64,000 bases of DNA from the human T2T-CHM13v2.0 reference genome, Homo sapiens. The notes under the pieces are model-generated. The model did no database searches. It was not told the DNA's origin and saw nothing but the letters and a program-made list of their open reading frames with translations. Positions 26,641 to 38,060 of the stretch are shown here, piece by piece. Each line of letters opens with the position of its first letter. Positions within the stretch are counted from its first letter, which is position 1. The stretch spans positions 6,240,001 through 6,304,000 of the forward strand of contig CP086569.2 in NCBI GenBank assembly GCA_009914755.4, given 5' to 3'. A program made the translations under genes and the position numbers.

Positions 26641-27328
26641 GTCGTTACAGATAGTTAGGCATGAGTGGGGCAGGAGAGGGCTCTCCCCCAACCCACTAGA
26701 ATGTCAGGTGATGGTCTGGCAATTACTGCATTGCCTCTTTAATTTGGTAATGCCAGAGGAAGGTCATTTCCTGATGGTCCAAACCTGTTAATATCAAAAT
26801 ATTAATTGAATGCATGCCCAAGGGAGAAGCAACTTCCTGCACATGAGCATTAAGAAACAAAAATGGTGAAGTATGATCTTCCGCGGGCACATTCCACCAG
26901 AAAAGGGAAGAAAACCTCAGATGGACAGGCTCATAATTCCCTTAACACACTGCGCATGCTCAACTCCAAAGAGTAAGGAAAGTACTGAGCATGTGGGAAG
27001 CCCACTCTAAGGGAAGAATCATGTGGAAGAGGCGAGCTTATAGAAGTCCTAGGATCAAGGTTAAACAGGGCACTTGACTTTCTCTTTCACCTTCACATGC
27101 CCGCTTGGGTTTCTTCCAAGTGCATCGTCCTTTCTTTCCTGTTCTAAGGCCTTTTGAAATAAACTTCCACTTCTGCTCTGGAACTTGTCTCAGTCTCTTT
27201 TTCTGCTTTATGCTCCTCAGTTGAATTCTTTCTTCTGAGGAGGCAAGAACTGAAGATGCTCCGAATCTGTAAGAATAGACCACCAGTAACTTGGGGTAAC
27301 TCGGTTCTTTTCCAATAACAACAATATT
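26641..27328 (+). mobile_element. LTR-like insertion (probable ERV solo LTR, family unassigned) inside the ancient L1
   Basis: L1 antisense sequence stops at ...attagtgacgt and resumes at tgagcacttttttat... (27330). The inserted 690 bp contains a retroviral-style AATAAA (gaaataaacttccacttctgctctgg) and retains several CpGs. Confidence 0.4.
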
Positions 27329-27329
27329 G

Positions 27330-28304
27330 AGCACTTTTTTATATATCTGTTGGTCAACTGTATGTCTTCTTTGGAAAAATGTCTAACTATTAAGGTATCT
27401 ATTAGATGTCTATCTAGTAAATTGTTTTATTTGGTTTTGTTCCTTTTTTTTTTTTTTTGCTGTTGAGTTAAAGGAGTTACTTATGCATTTTAAGTATTGT
27501 CCTGTTATGATACATCATTTGCAAATATTTTCTCCCATTCCTTAGGTTATCTTTTCATTCTGTTAACCGTTTTCTTTACTATTCGGAAGCTTTCTTATTC
27601 TTATGTAGTCCCATGTGTTTATCTTTGCTTTCATTGTCTGAGCTTTTGGTGTAATATCCAAAAAAATTATTACCAAGGCCAGTGTCACGAACTGTTTTTC
27701 TTCCCAATATTTTCTGTAAAACTGTAGCCTTAAAATTTCCGGTTTTTTGTTTAGATTTTTAATTCATTTTGAGTGAATTTTTGTGTATGGTATAATAAAA
27801 AGTATTCAATTGCATTCTTCTGCATGTAAATATTATTTTCTCAACAGAATTTGTTGAATAGAGTGATATTTTCCTGATTAGGTAACCTTGGCACCCTTGT
27901 GAAATGTCAGGCAACTGCATCTACATGAGTTTATTTCTTGGCTGTCTATTCTCTTCCATTGGACTATATGTCTATTTTTATGCCAGTACCATACAGTGGT
28001 AACTATAGTAACTTTGTTCTATATTTTGAAATGAGAAAGTGTGATACCTCCAGATTTCTTTCCTTCCCAAAATTGTTTTGACTGACTACAGATTTTATGG
28101 TTGCATTTGAATTTTAGGATTCTTCTCTATGGAAAAAATGTCATTGGGATATTTATGGGGATTGCATTGAATCCATAGATTACTTTTGGTAGTATGCATA
28201 TTTTAACAATATTAATTCTGCCAATCTATGGAAATGGAATATCTTTCTATTGGTGTCTACCTTAGTTTCTTTAATCAATGTTTTATAGATTTTGGCATAC
28301 AAAT
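27330..28304 (-). mobile_element. Ancient L1 ORF2, antisense (continuation)
   Basis: ...gtctgagcttttggtgtaatatccaaaaaaattattaccaaggccagtgtcacgaac...ccagtaccatacagtggtaactatagtaactttgttctatattttgaaatgagaaagtgtgatacctccag...atcaatgttttatagattttggcatacaaat. Confidence 0.75.
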
Positions 28305-28634
28305 TGTTGCAGAACTTTTCCTTAGTTCAGCTAAAGATGAGGTCCTTGTCTGTCCCATGGTCATGAAGATTTAGGCTCATAGACAATTTGAAGGGTGAGT
28401 AAAGCAGGGTTTTATTCAGTGAAAAGGAAGAAAAGGGGGAAAAAGAGACTCTCACAAGGCCAGAGTCTCTACTAGAGTGCTTCCCACCTGGCCATTTGAA
28501 TCTCAGTTTCCACACAGGAAGAGAAGGGGCCAAGTTCCTCCCTGCTGCAAATGTTGTGAAATTCCTAAGTTTCCACCTCAGTGGGCAGGCTGGTTGGAGT
28601 TTCTCCAGGGACTCCTTTCCAACTGGCTGTCTCA
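28305..28634. repeat. 5'-side LTR of the 28305-34074 element (330 bp, TG...CA)
   Basis: ~85% identical to 33779-34074 over ~300 bp, with a ~30-bp indel. Confidence 0.6.
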
Positions 28635-28972
28635 TTTCCCCCTCTAAAGACATGCATCTAACTGCCCTTAGATTAAGGATAAAGACAAAGATGAACTTAA
28701 CTGCTTCCTGCTGACAGGGGTTGCTGTTTGGGGGAAACGGTAGTCAGAGCTCCCTCAAAGTCCTATCTAAGGGATCCCAGCAGAAGGGGCCATCATCAGA
28801 GGCTCAGGTTGCATGACTGTTTTGAGTGTGATGTCCTGAAGGCAAGAACAGATGAACCAGGTTATTAGAAAACATGAATCAAAACAAAACAAGAGAAGGG
28901 AGAAGGACAGCTGAAAGATCCCAAGGCCTTTTACCAGTTTGTACAGGGAGAGGGAGGTCAAAAGCCCAACCG

Positions 28973-28977
<5 letters not shown>

Positions 28978-29004
<27 letters not shown>
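28978..29004 (+). repeat. Poly(A) tract, 27 bp
   Basis: Direct reading. Confidence 0.95.
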
Positions 29005-31271
29005 CTTTACCCTTTTGCCAGCAAGTTGGGCTTCTGGGTTCCCTTCCCCTGGGCCCAACCTTAAGTCAACCAGTTTAAGGTTTAGGAAATTACTCTTTAT
29101 AGTTTGGAAGATGCATCTGAAGGGAGTGTCCCATAGTATGGAGAAACAATTACCTATCAATGAAGAGACTCCTGAGGAGGAGAAAGGAATAAAAAGATGG
29201 CATTTTTTCAAAGGAGCCACAGGGGCTCAGGATGCATTTGAAAGGGGTACAGACTAAAGATGAATGGCTACCTATCTAGAAAGACAGGAGCAGGCATGCC
29301 TGGTTCCCTTCTCTTCCTAGCAGATACCCGGAGGTAAATGAGGTAGGAAGAGGAGAGGGTCCTATTTCCCTCTTCTGTCCTTGCATCCCCGAGTTCCAGT
29401 GACCTTGGCAGGTGCTGTCATAGATGTCAAAGAGACTTGCACCCATGAAGCAGGGAGACCTAGAGAATAAGAATTATCCACTCTCACCTATGTCCCTTTC
29501 CAATCTACTGTCAGTAGCCTTAGAGTTCCCTAGACCTCATTTATGCCATGGGTATTAACACAGTTTTTATTCATGAAACAGGAAGTTTGGGGTTGGCTTA
29601 ATTGGCAGGAAACAGCCACACTCACCTGCACTGTGCCTTTTAACCTCTGTTGTCATTTGCCTCTGGATCCCTCAGATCCAGTTTTCTTTCCTAGGGCTTT
29701 GACCCGAAGCTTGGAATTGAGTTTGGGACAAAAATGTTTCTCAGGGCGGTGGGGGTGGGGGTTGCATGGACTCCTTATGATAAGCTAAAGGCTAAGATGA
29801 AACTGTGGAACTGAGTTCTCCTCCAGCAAGGGAGAGGAAAGAATGTCTTGTGACACACTCAGATAACTGATAGCTATAGTTATGCTTGCTAGGATTTGGG
29901 TGCACGGTGCTTGGCTTTTGTTACCTTCCTTGGTCTTACTTTCCCAGAAGGAAACTTCTGGGTGATGGGCACCCTATTTATTCCTTATTTATTCTAACAC
30001 CTGGCAAGATTTGCAGGATAATTGCTCGGAACTAGAATATTGACACCGATTTGTACATTACCCATCCCTTTTGTTCTTTCTGAGCTGCAGCTGGAGATTG
30101 CTGGTAGGTTCACAGGAACAAGCAGAGTTAATCTAAAATGTAGGCAAAAACTTAAAAAGAACTAATGAGTTTAGAATTTAGTGACAAACGTATGGTAAGT
30201 TTTGGAACATAATGTCTCCCTCTCCAGTCCTCATTTTTGTTAAGAAACAAATGATCATAGGACTGAGTTATTCAAATAGATTTTAGTCTTATACTTGGCC
30301 TGATTATTTGCATAAAATGGAGCAAGAATAATTATTTCTACATAGGCCTTTTGGATTACCTTTGATGGAATTCTCTCTTTTCCACAAGGAATCTCAAATA
30401 AGACCTTTTAAAGCCAAGCCAAACCATGGGTTTGTATCTTCAAATACCTGTGAGTAGGGTGATCCTCACCTCTTAAGGTTCCAAGATAAACTTGGAGCTC
30501 CTACACCTGTTTGAAACTGACATTCTTTACTGACAACAAGTCAGGAACCCTGTACAAGGGCTGCACAGACAAGGATATGAGGCCAGTTTCCCCACTGGGC
30601 TTCTACTGGCTCTGTAAGTTGAGCTTGACTCTTCGAAGGGAAACATACCCTTCCAATCTAAGACTTGATAAAATGACCACTTTCTCAAGTTGTGTTCTGT
30701 TACAAAAGAAAAATGAATTCTTCTTGCACTGATGCAATTATATTGCCATAAGTTAGGAATACTCACAGAGAGTTTCTAAATTTTAGAGTAACCAGGAAGA
30801 GAGTAACAAACATGCTCCAAATTTTGTTCATAGGAGTTTATCTTACTCAATTATTGAAGACTGTAAATAGTTCAAAATAAGTTTCCTTCACTATGAAAAA
30901 CAAAACAAGGATCAGCAATATTCCAACCAAAAATCGAAAAGGTTTCTTCAGCTTTCTGAGTTCAGTTCATTTAGTTAACTCTTGTTTTGCTTGATATTCA
31001 TGAACATTTCAGTTCTTCCTTAGTCCTTACATTTTCCTTTATTCCATTGTTACAATTTACAAAGTTACCAGCAGCCTGTACTTGGGAGCACCTTTTATAG
31101 TTCTGTAGCTCATTAGAAACCATCTTTAAAAAAAATTAAAACAAGACAACAATTGTCTGTGAATAGCAAAATGTCCAGGGTAGTTACAATTAGATACGCA
31201 ATTGAAAAAAAATTTGGTTATCTCCGTGGTTTACAATAACGTAACACAAAAACCTTAATTATGATTGATAG

Positions 31272-32015
31272 TGTGTCCAGAATTGGTTCTTTCTGATGGG
31301 TTCTTGGTCTCACTGACTTCAAGAATGAAGCCGCAGACCCTCACTGTGAGTGTTACAGTTCTTAAAGATGGTGTGTGTGCAGTTTGTTCCTTCAGATGTT
31401 CAGATGTGTCCGGAGTTTGTTCCTTCAGATGTTCAGATATGTCCAGAGTTTCTTCCTTCCAGTGGGTTCATGGTCTTGCTGACTTCAGAAGTGCAGCCAC
31501 AGACCTTTGTAGTGAGTGTTACCGCTCTTAAAAGTGGCTGGTCCGGAGTTGTTTGTTCCTCCTTGTGGGTTCGTGATCTTGCTGACTTTAGGAGTGAAGC
31601 CACAAGCCTTCATGGTGTTACAGCTCATAAAGGTAGTGCAGACCCAAAGGGTGAGCAGCAGCAAGATTTGTTATGAAGAGCAAAAGAACAAAGTTTCCAC
31701 AGCATGGAAGGGGGCTGGAACGGGTTGCTGCCGCTGGCTCCGGTGGCCAGCTTTTATTCCCTTATTTGGCCCCACCCACATCCTGCTGATTGGTCCATTT
31801 TACAGAGTGCTGATTGTTCCATTTTACAGAGTGCTGATTGGTCCATTTTACAGAGTTCTGATTGGTGCGTTTTTACAGAGTGCTCATTGGTGTGTTTACA
31901 ATCCTTTAGCTAGACACAGAGCACTGATTGGTGCATTTATAATCCTTTAGCTAGACACAAAAGTTCTCCAAGTCCCCACCCCACCCAGAAGGCCAGCTGG
32001 CTTCACCTTTCAAAA
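31272..32015 (+). mobile_element. LTR12-like (HERV9 LTR family) fragment with internal tandem duplications
   Basis: ...ttcttggtctcactgacttcaagaatgaagccgcagaccctcactgtgagtgttacagttcttaaag...gagcagcagcaagatttgttatgaagagcaaaagaacaaagtttccacagcatggaagg...ctgattggtccattttacagagtg (x3)...ctagacacaaaagttctccaagtccccacc...ccagctggcttcacc matches my recollection of LTR12. A 33-bp unit is duplicated at 31381-31446. Confidence 0.55.
31786..31945 (+). promoter_or_regulatory. Cluster of five ATTGG (inverted CCAAT / NF-Y-type) boxes in 24-bp tandem units within the LTR12-like segment
   Basis: ctgattggtccattttacagagtg repeated at 31786, 31810 (attgt variant), 31834; then ctgattggtgcg..., ctcattggtgtg..., ctgattggtgcattt. 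LTR12 elements are known for reiterated NF-Y sites. Confidence 0.4.
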
Positions 32016-33778
32016 GCATATACTCAGACATTAGAATTTTAGAAATCCCATACAATTTTGAAACATATATTAGCATTATTCACCAAGATATAACCTAAAG
32101 AAGACTGAGCATCATTTTGGCCATCTCGGGTACCTAAACATGTGAAATAATCCTGTTTACCTCTCTTTTCTGGACACTTTGGGGGCCCTTTGAAGTAGCC
32201 ACAGTAGCCCTCTGAAAAGCCAGGTGCCACAGAAGACAATTGTGCAACACAAGTTTGATTTGGGGAAGGCTGTTAAATGTTCGAGGTTTAAAACACTTGA
32301 TATTAAGAAATAGAATTCCAGATTACCATAAGTTATTTATTTTGATAAAGTGATGACTCAAGTTTTAAAGAAGGAGAAACCTTTCATAACCTTTTATAAA
32401 TTTTGCCAAAAAGCAGATTAGTACCTTAGGAAAACCTTGTTATGCTTTTATTTCAATGCTCAATTTACAGACAAACCATATAATACCCTTTTTTTGAATT
32501 TAGTCAATATGTTCACACAGAGAACCTCTTCTGCAAGATTAATTCCCACAATTCTTCCACCACTTCTTTGAACCTTCAGCTTTTTCCTAATTTAACTCAA
32601 AACAGTCCTTTAACTCTAGGCAAAAGTTTACATTTCCATGCCTTCTTATAACCTTTTACTAAAAAACACATTTTACTGTTCTTATACACCTTGCATGTAA
32701 ATCTATTTCTAGTAGTTTCAATTAACTCCTGGAAATTTTTAACTTTAAGGTAAAACTTGGTAAGTTGCTTTTATTGTGTGCTAACTGCAGTCAAGGTTTG
32801 CCTTCTTAGTTAAGGGCGTTGTTAGTTCCATATGTCCCCAGGCCTTACCAATTGTGAAGCCAGCAAGTCAAATAGTTCCCAAAAGCCAAAAAGCAGTTTT
32901 TAACCTCAAAACACTTAGCAAATCTTGCATCTGACGTGCATTTTGCCAATGGTCTTAAGGGCTGTTTTTGTTTCTCAAAGATTAAAATCACATGAACTGA
33001 AAGGTTCCACAGCTTTTAACTTCCCTGTAAAAAATATTAGATCCAAGCGCTTGTCTTTCTTTAGGCCAAATTAATTAGATATCTCTTTTTACAGATATCA
33101 AGCACAGTACACACACAGGCAGAAGAAAACCTAGTTGCTGGGTGGGGCCCTCTAAGAGACAGGGCTAGGAAAACATGCGGATATCAAACCAGAAAGAAAC
33201 TTACTTCCTAAGGCAGGATTGCTAAACAAAGCCTTGACACTGGAGTTACAAGCCACGCCCTCAGGATGTAAAACAAGATGAAAGATTGATTTCACAATGA
33301 AAACTTTGCAGAGAATACACACAGTGATAGTTGGTGGGGGGTGGGGGGGAGTGGGGTATGGCCTGGTAAAATGTGTCCTAAAAGAAAAAAAAAAAAATTA
33401 ACTGCGGACAGGATGGAGAAGAGGAAAAAAGAAAGAGTTTTAGACTGCCTGGGGAAGAATCTCTTACTCTTATGCAACTGGTTCCTCCACCAGGGAGAAA
33501 AGTTTAATTACTGTCTGATGGAGAAGGAAAACCCCTTGGCTGGGGAAGGAGAAGGCTGAGAACCAGCACAGCCAGCTGTGTGAGACCCTTGGGCCATGCG
33601 ACCCAGCCCCAGCCTGGAGAGGGAAGCGGCTGGCCGACCCCCGGTTGTAACAGGGTGTAGGGGTGCAGTTCCCCGTAAGCTCAGAAGTCCAAGGATGAAA
33701 AGGCTGAGAAACCAGTGAGAGATTTTGAGTCCCCATTTTACGCACCGCTTCTCGAGCCTCCATATTGTGCGCCAAAAA

Positions 33779-34074
33779 TATTGCAAGACTTTTCCTTAGT
33801 TCAGGTAAAGATGGGGTCCTTGTCTGTCCCATGTTTGAAGGATGAGTGAAGCAGGGTTTTGTTGGGTGAAAAGGAAGAAAAGGGGGAAATCGGGACTGTC
33901 ACAAGGCCAGAGGGCCTGCTACAGTGCTTCTAGCCAGGCCATTTGAATCTGTTTCCACACTGGAAGAGGAGGGGCCAGGCTCCTCCCTGCTGCAAATGTG
34001 GTGAAATTTGGAGACTCCACCTCAGTGGGCAGGCTGGTTGGAGTTTCTCCAGCGACCTCTTCCCACCTGTCTCA
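33779..34074. repeat. 3'-side LTR of the 28305-34074 element (296 bp)
   Basis: See the 5' LTR. Followed by 'aaat' (34075-34078), and L1 resumes at 34079. Confidence 0.6.
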
Positions 34075-34078
34075 AAAT

Positions 34079-36400
34079 CTTTCACCTCCTTGTTTGAGTT
34101 CATACACAAATATTTTGACACTATTAGAAATGGGATTATTTTAATAATTCATTTTACAAATAACTTTTTGTTAGTGTATAAAATGCAAGTAACTCTTGTA
34201 TGTAGATGTTAGGTCCTGCAACCTTATTGAATTTTTTTTGTAACGTAACAGGTTTTTAGTGGAATCTTCAGGTTTCCTACATACATATAAGATCACATCA
34301 TCTGCAAATGGGAGTATTTTACTTCTTTCCTCTCAAATTGGATGGCTTTTTATTCTATTTATTGCCTAATTGCTCTGGTTAAAACTTACAGTGCTTTGCT
34401 AAATGGAAGTGGCAAGAGTACGGATCCTTGTCATGTGTCTGATCTTAGAGGAAAAGCATTCAGTTTTTTAACATTAACTATGATGTTAGCTGAGAACCTG
34501 TCATATACGGCTTTTGCTATGTTGATATAAATTTCTTTTATATGTAGTTTGTTGAGTTTTATGACTCAAGTGTGTTGAATTTTCTCAAACACTTTTTTGC
34601 ATTTATCAAGATGTACATGTGGTTTTTATCCTTCATTCTGTTAATGTGATATATCACATTAATGTCTTTCTGTATGTTTAACCATTCTTGCAACCCAGGG
34701 ATAAATTCCACTTGGTCACAGTGTACATTTTTAAATATGTTATTAAATTTGATTTGCTTGTATTTTCTTCAGGGTTTTTGCAAATATGTTCATCAGAAAT
34801 ATTGGTCTGAAGTTTACTTTTCTTGTAGTGTCTTTGTCTGACTTTGATATTAGAATAATGCTGGACTCATAAAATGAGTTTGAAAGTGTTCCCTCCTTTT
34901 AAATTTTTTGGAAGAATTTGAGTGTGATTGGTTTTATGTATTCTTTAAATGTTTGATAAAATTCATCCATGAAGACATCTGGTCTTGAGGTTGTTTTGTC
35001 GTTGTTGGGAGGTGTTTGATTACTAATTAAATTTCCTTACTTGTCGTTGGTCATTTTAGGTTTTTGATTTCTTAAAAATTCAGTCTTAGTAGGTTGTATG
35101 TCTTAGTAGTCTTAGTAGGTTGTAGTCTTAGTAGGAGTAGGAATTTCTCCATTTCTTCCAAGTTATCTAATTTCTTATTGTATAATTGCTCATACCAATG
35201 TTTGTGATTCTTTTTTATTTCTGTGGAAAGAATTGTAATGTCTTCTTTTAATTTCTAATTTTATTAATTTTAGTCTTCTCTCTTTTCTTCTTAGTCTAGT
35301 TAAATGTTTGTTAATTTTGTTGATTAAAAAACTCAGTTTCATTGATTTGTTCTAATTTTTATTTTATTATTATTATTTTTTGTTTCAGATAGTACCATTT
35401 TCTTTCTTCTGCTAACTTCTGACTTAGTTTGTTATTGTTGTTTTTGAGGTATCAAGTTAGATTGTTAATTTGTGATCTTCCTTTCTTCATTTTTTACAAG
35501 ACTCCTGGATCAGAGACAATCTTCTTTATTAATGTAGGCATTTACCATAACAAACTTCCCATTTAGTACTGCTTTTGCTGTATTCCATGAGTTTTGGTAT
35601 TATGTCTCTTCATTTTAATTTATCTTAAGATATTTTCTGATTTCTCTTTTTATTTCTTCTTTGACCCATTGATTGTTCAGAATTGTGTTTTTAATTTCCT
35701 CATATTTTTGAGTATTCTAATTTTCCTTCTCTTATGGGTTTCTGGTTTCATTCCATTGTGGAGAAAAAGATACTTAGTATGATTTCATTCTTTTAAAATT
35801 TGTTAAGACATTTTGAGAATGTGTATTTTTCTGCTGTTGGATGGAATGTTTTGTATATGACTGGTAGGTCCATTTGGTCTTTAATGATTTGAAGTCTGTT
35901 ATTTCTTTATTTTCTATTTGGATCATGTATTTGGTATTAAGAGTGGGGTATTGAAGTCTTCAGTTATTATTGTATTGCAGTTTATCTCTTTATTCTGTCT
36001 TTTTTATATTTTTAGTTCCTCTGAATAGATGTACATACATGTTTATAATTGTTGGGCCTTCCTGAGGAATTCATCATTATATGTCCTTTTGTGTCTCTTG
36101 TTACAGTGTTTGAATTATAGTCTATTTTGTCTAATATAAGTATTGCCACCCTCATTTCTTTTATTTACATTTGCATAGAATATCTTTTTCTATTCCTCGC
36201 CTTTCAGCCTAAGTCCCTAAATCTCAAGTATGGATTTTTTAGACAGCACATAGGTTTGTTTATTTGTTTTTTTTTAAATATCCATTCAACTACTTTAAGT
36301 CTTTTGATTTTGGATTTTACTTATTTTTATTTTAAATAATTTTACCTTTTTGTTGCTAAAAGAATACATTTTATAATTTTAATATTTTTGCAACTTTTGT
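34079..36400 (-). mobile_element. Ancient L1 ORF2, antisense (continuation of the split L1)
   Basis: ...gtcatctgcaaatgggagtattttacttctttcc... (antisense of the FADD region) ...ttccattgtggagaaaaagatacttagtatgatttcattcttttaaaatttgttaag...gtctaatataagtattgccaccc. Confidence 0.75.
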
Positions 36401-37300
36401 TTTAGAATTAGGGGTATATGTGAAGTGTTGTTACAATGGCATATTGTGTGATGCTGTGGTTTGGAGTACAAATTAATCCATCACTGAGGTAGTGAGCATG
36501 GTACCCAATAGGTAGTTTTTCTCAACATTTACCCCACTTCCTCCCTCTAACTTTTTGAAATCTCCAGCATCTACTGTTCCCATTTTTATGATTGTGTGTG
36601 TCCAATGTTTAGCTTCTACTTATAAGTGAGAACTTGTGGCATTTGGTTTTCTGTTTCTACATTAGTTCACTTAAGATCGTGGTTTCCAGCTGTATCTATG
36701 TTTCTGCAAAGGACATAACTTATTTCTTCTTTATGGCTGCATAGTATTGCATGGTGCATATATACCATATTTTCCTTTTCTAATTCACCATTTATGGACA
36801 CCTAGGATGATTCCATTACTTTGTTATTGTGAATACCACAGTGATGAAAGTATGGATACATGTGTCTTTTTGGTAGGATGGTGGATTTTATTTTGGGTAT
36901 ACACTCAGGAGTGGGATTGCTGGGTTGAATGGTAGTTCAACTCTCAGTTTATTGAGAAATCTCCAAACTGCTTTCCAGAGTGACTGAACTAATTTAAATT
37001 CTCACCAACAGTGTATAAGTGTTCTCTTTTCTCTGCAGCCAAGCCAACATTTTTATTTATTTACTTTTATTTTTCAGCAAAAGCTATTCTGACTGTTGTG
37101 AAATGGTATCTCACTGTGGTTTCAGCTTGCATTTTTCTGATGATTAGCAATGATGAGCATAGTTTTCTATGTTTATTGGCCACTTGTATGTGCTCTTTTG
37201 AGAATCATTTATTGATGTGCTCTGCCCATTTTTTAATGGGCTTATTTGGTTTCTGCTTGTTGGGTTGTTTAAGTTACTAATAGATTCTGGATGTAATATA
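36400..37300 (-). mobile_element. Ancient L1 3'-end fragment (separate copy), antisense
   Basis: ...ggtacccaataggtagtttttctcaacatttaccccacttcctccc...gtgtccaatgtttagcttctacttataagtgagaac... then ORF2 C-terminus antisense ...gcatttttctgatgattagcaatgatgagcatagttttc... Confidence 0.7.
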
Positions 37301-37639
37301 GAACAAAATTATTTTTTGTAAGTGATTGTTTTATTTTATTCATTACAGTTTCTGAAAAATACAGCTATTCATTTATACCAGTTCTCAAACTATGTATTTG
37401 AACTCCCTGCCAATCATTTATTGCAAAATTTAATGTTGACACTCATTAATCTGATGCCGAGGAGATAGTTTCTTTCTGTCTGACATAAAACAATGATAAA
37501 AGAGACAATAGTTACTTTGATTGCACAATAGTAGAGGAAACATATTTTTTCATGAACAATAAGGATGATTATTTCATTCTTAGCAATATACATGGCTATC
37601 ATTTCTTTTTATGAAGTAAGTAGCCTGTTTATTAATTGA

Positions 37640-38060
37640 ATTATTCCAACATTTTTATGTTGGAGTCCCAGCTCCCAGTACCTCCAAATGTGGCCTTATT
37701 TGTAAAAACAATGATTAACCATGTAATTAGTTATGATGATGTTATAATGGAGTAGGGTGATAGTCTAATCCAACATGATTGGTGTCCTTTATAAAAATAT
37801 TTGGGCCTAGATAACTCACAAGGAAAATTTCATGTGATGATAAAGGCAGAGATATGAGTGATGTTTCTGCAAGTGAAGAGCCACCAAAGATCAACAGTAA
37901 ACCATCATAAGTTAGGCAAGAGTCATGAAACAAATTCTTTCTCACAGTAGTCAGCAGAAAGCAGTTCTGCCAATACTTTGATCTTGCACTTCTAACCTCT
38001 AGAACTGTGAAAGAATGCATTATAGTCTTTTAAGCTACCCAGTTTTTGGTGCTTTCTTAT
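37640..38060 (+). mobile_element. MaLR LTR (MLT1-like)
   Basis: ...tcccagctcccagtacctccaaatgtggccttatttgtaaaaacaatg...gatcttgcacttctaacctctagaactgtgaaagaatgcattatagtcttttaagctacccagtttttggtgctttcttatagtg resembles the MLT1 3' terminus. Confidence 0.55.

Larger units (their letters stand above)
28305..34074. mobile_element. LTR-bounded retroelement (ERV-like, degenerate), 5.77 kb, inserted into the ancient L1. Its two LTRs and flanking 4-bp TSD are listed below.
   Basis: Direct repeats 28305-28634 and 33779-34074 both start tgttgcagaac/tattgcaagac and end ...tgtctca, and 'aaat' immediately flanks the element on both sides. L1 sequence is continuous across the element: ...tttatagattttggcatacaaat | ctttcacctccttg... 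The internal 5.1 kb has no ORF >150 aa. Confidence 0.55.

Noticed and set aside
28978-29004. 27-bp poly-A as the tail of a processed pseudogene or retrocopy
   Set aside because: Upstream sequence has no ORF or recognisable mRNA-derived structure, and no convincing TSD. It is more likely an internal A-tract or the tail of a decayed SINE fragment within the ERV-like element.
28305-34074. Direct ~300-bp repeats interpreted as a segmental or tandem duplication instead of LTRs
   Set aside because: Both copies start TG and end CA, and are flanked by a 4-bp duplication (aaat). The interrupted L1 is continuous across the whole 5.77 kb. That pattern fits LTR-retroelement integration better than duplication. 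Family identity remains unassigned.
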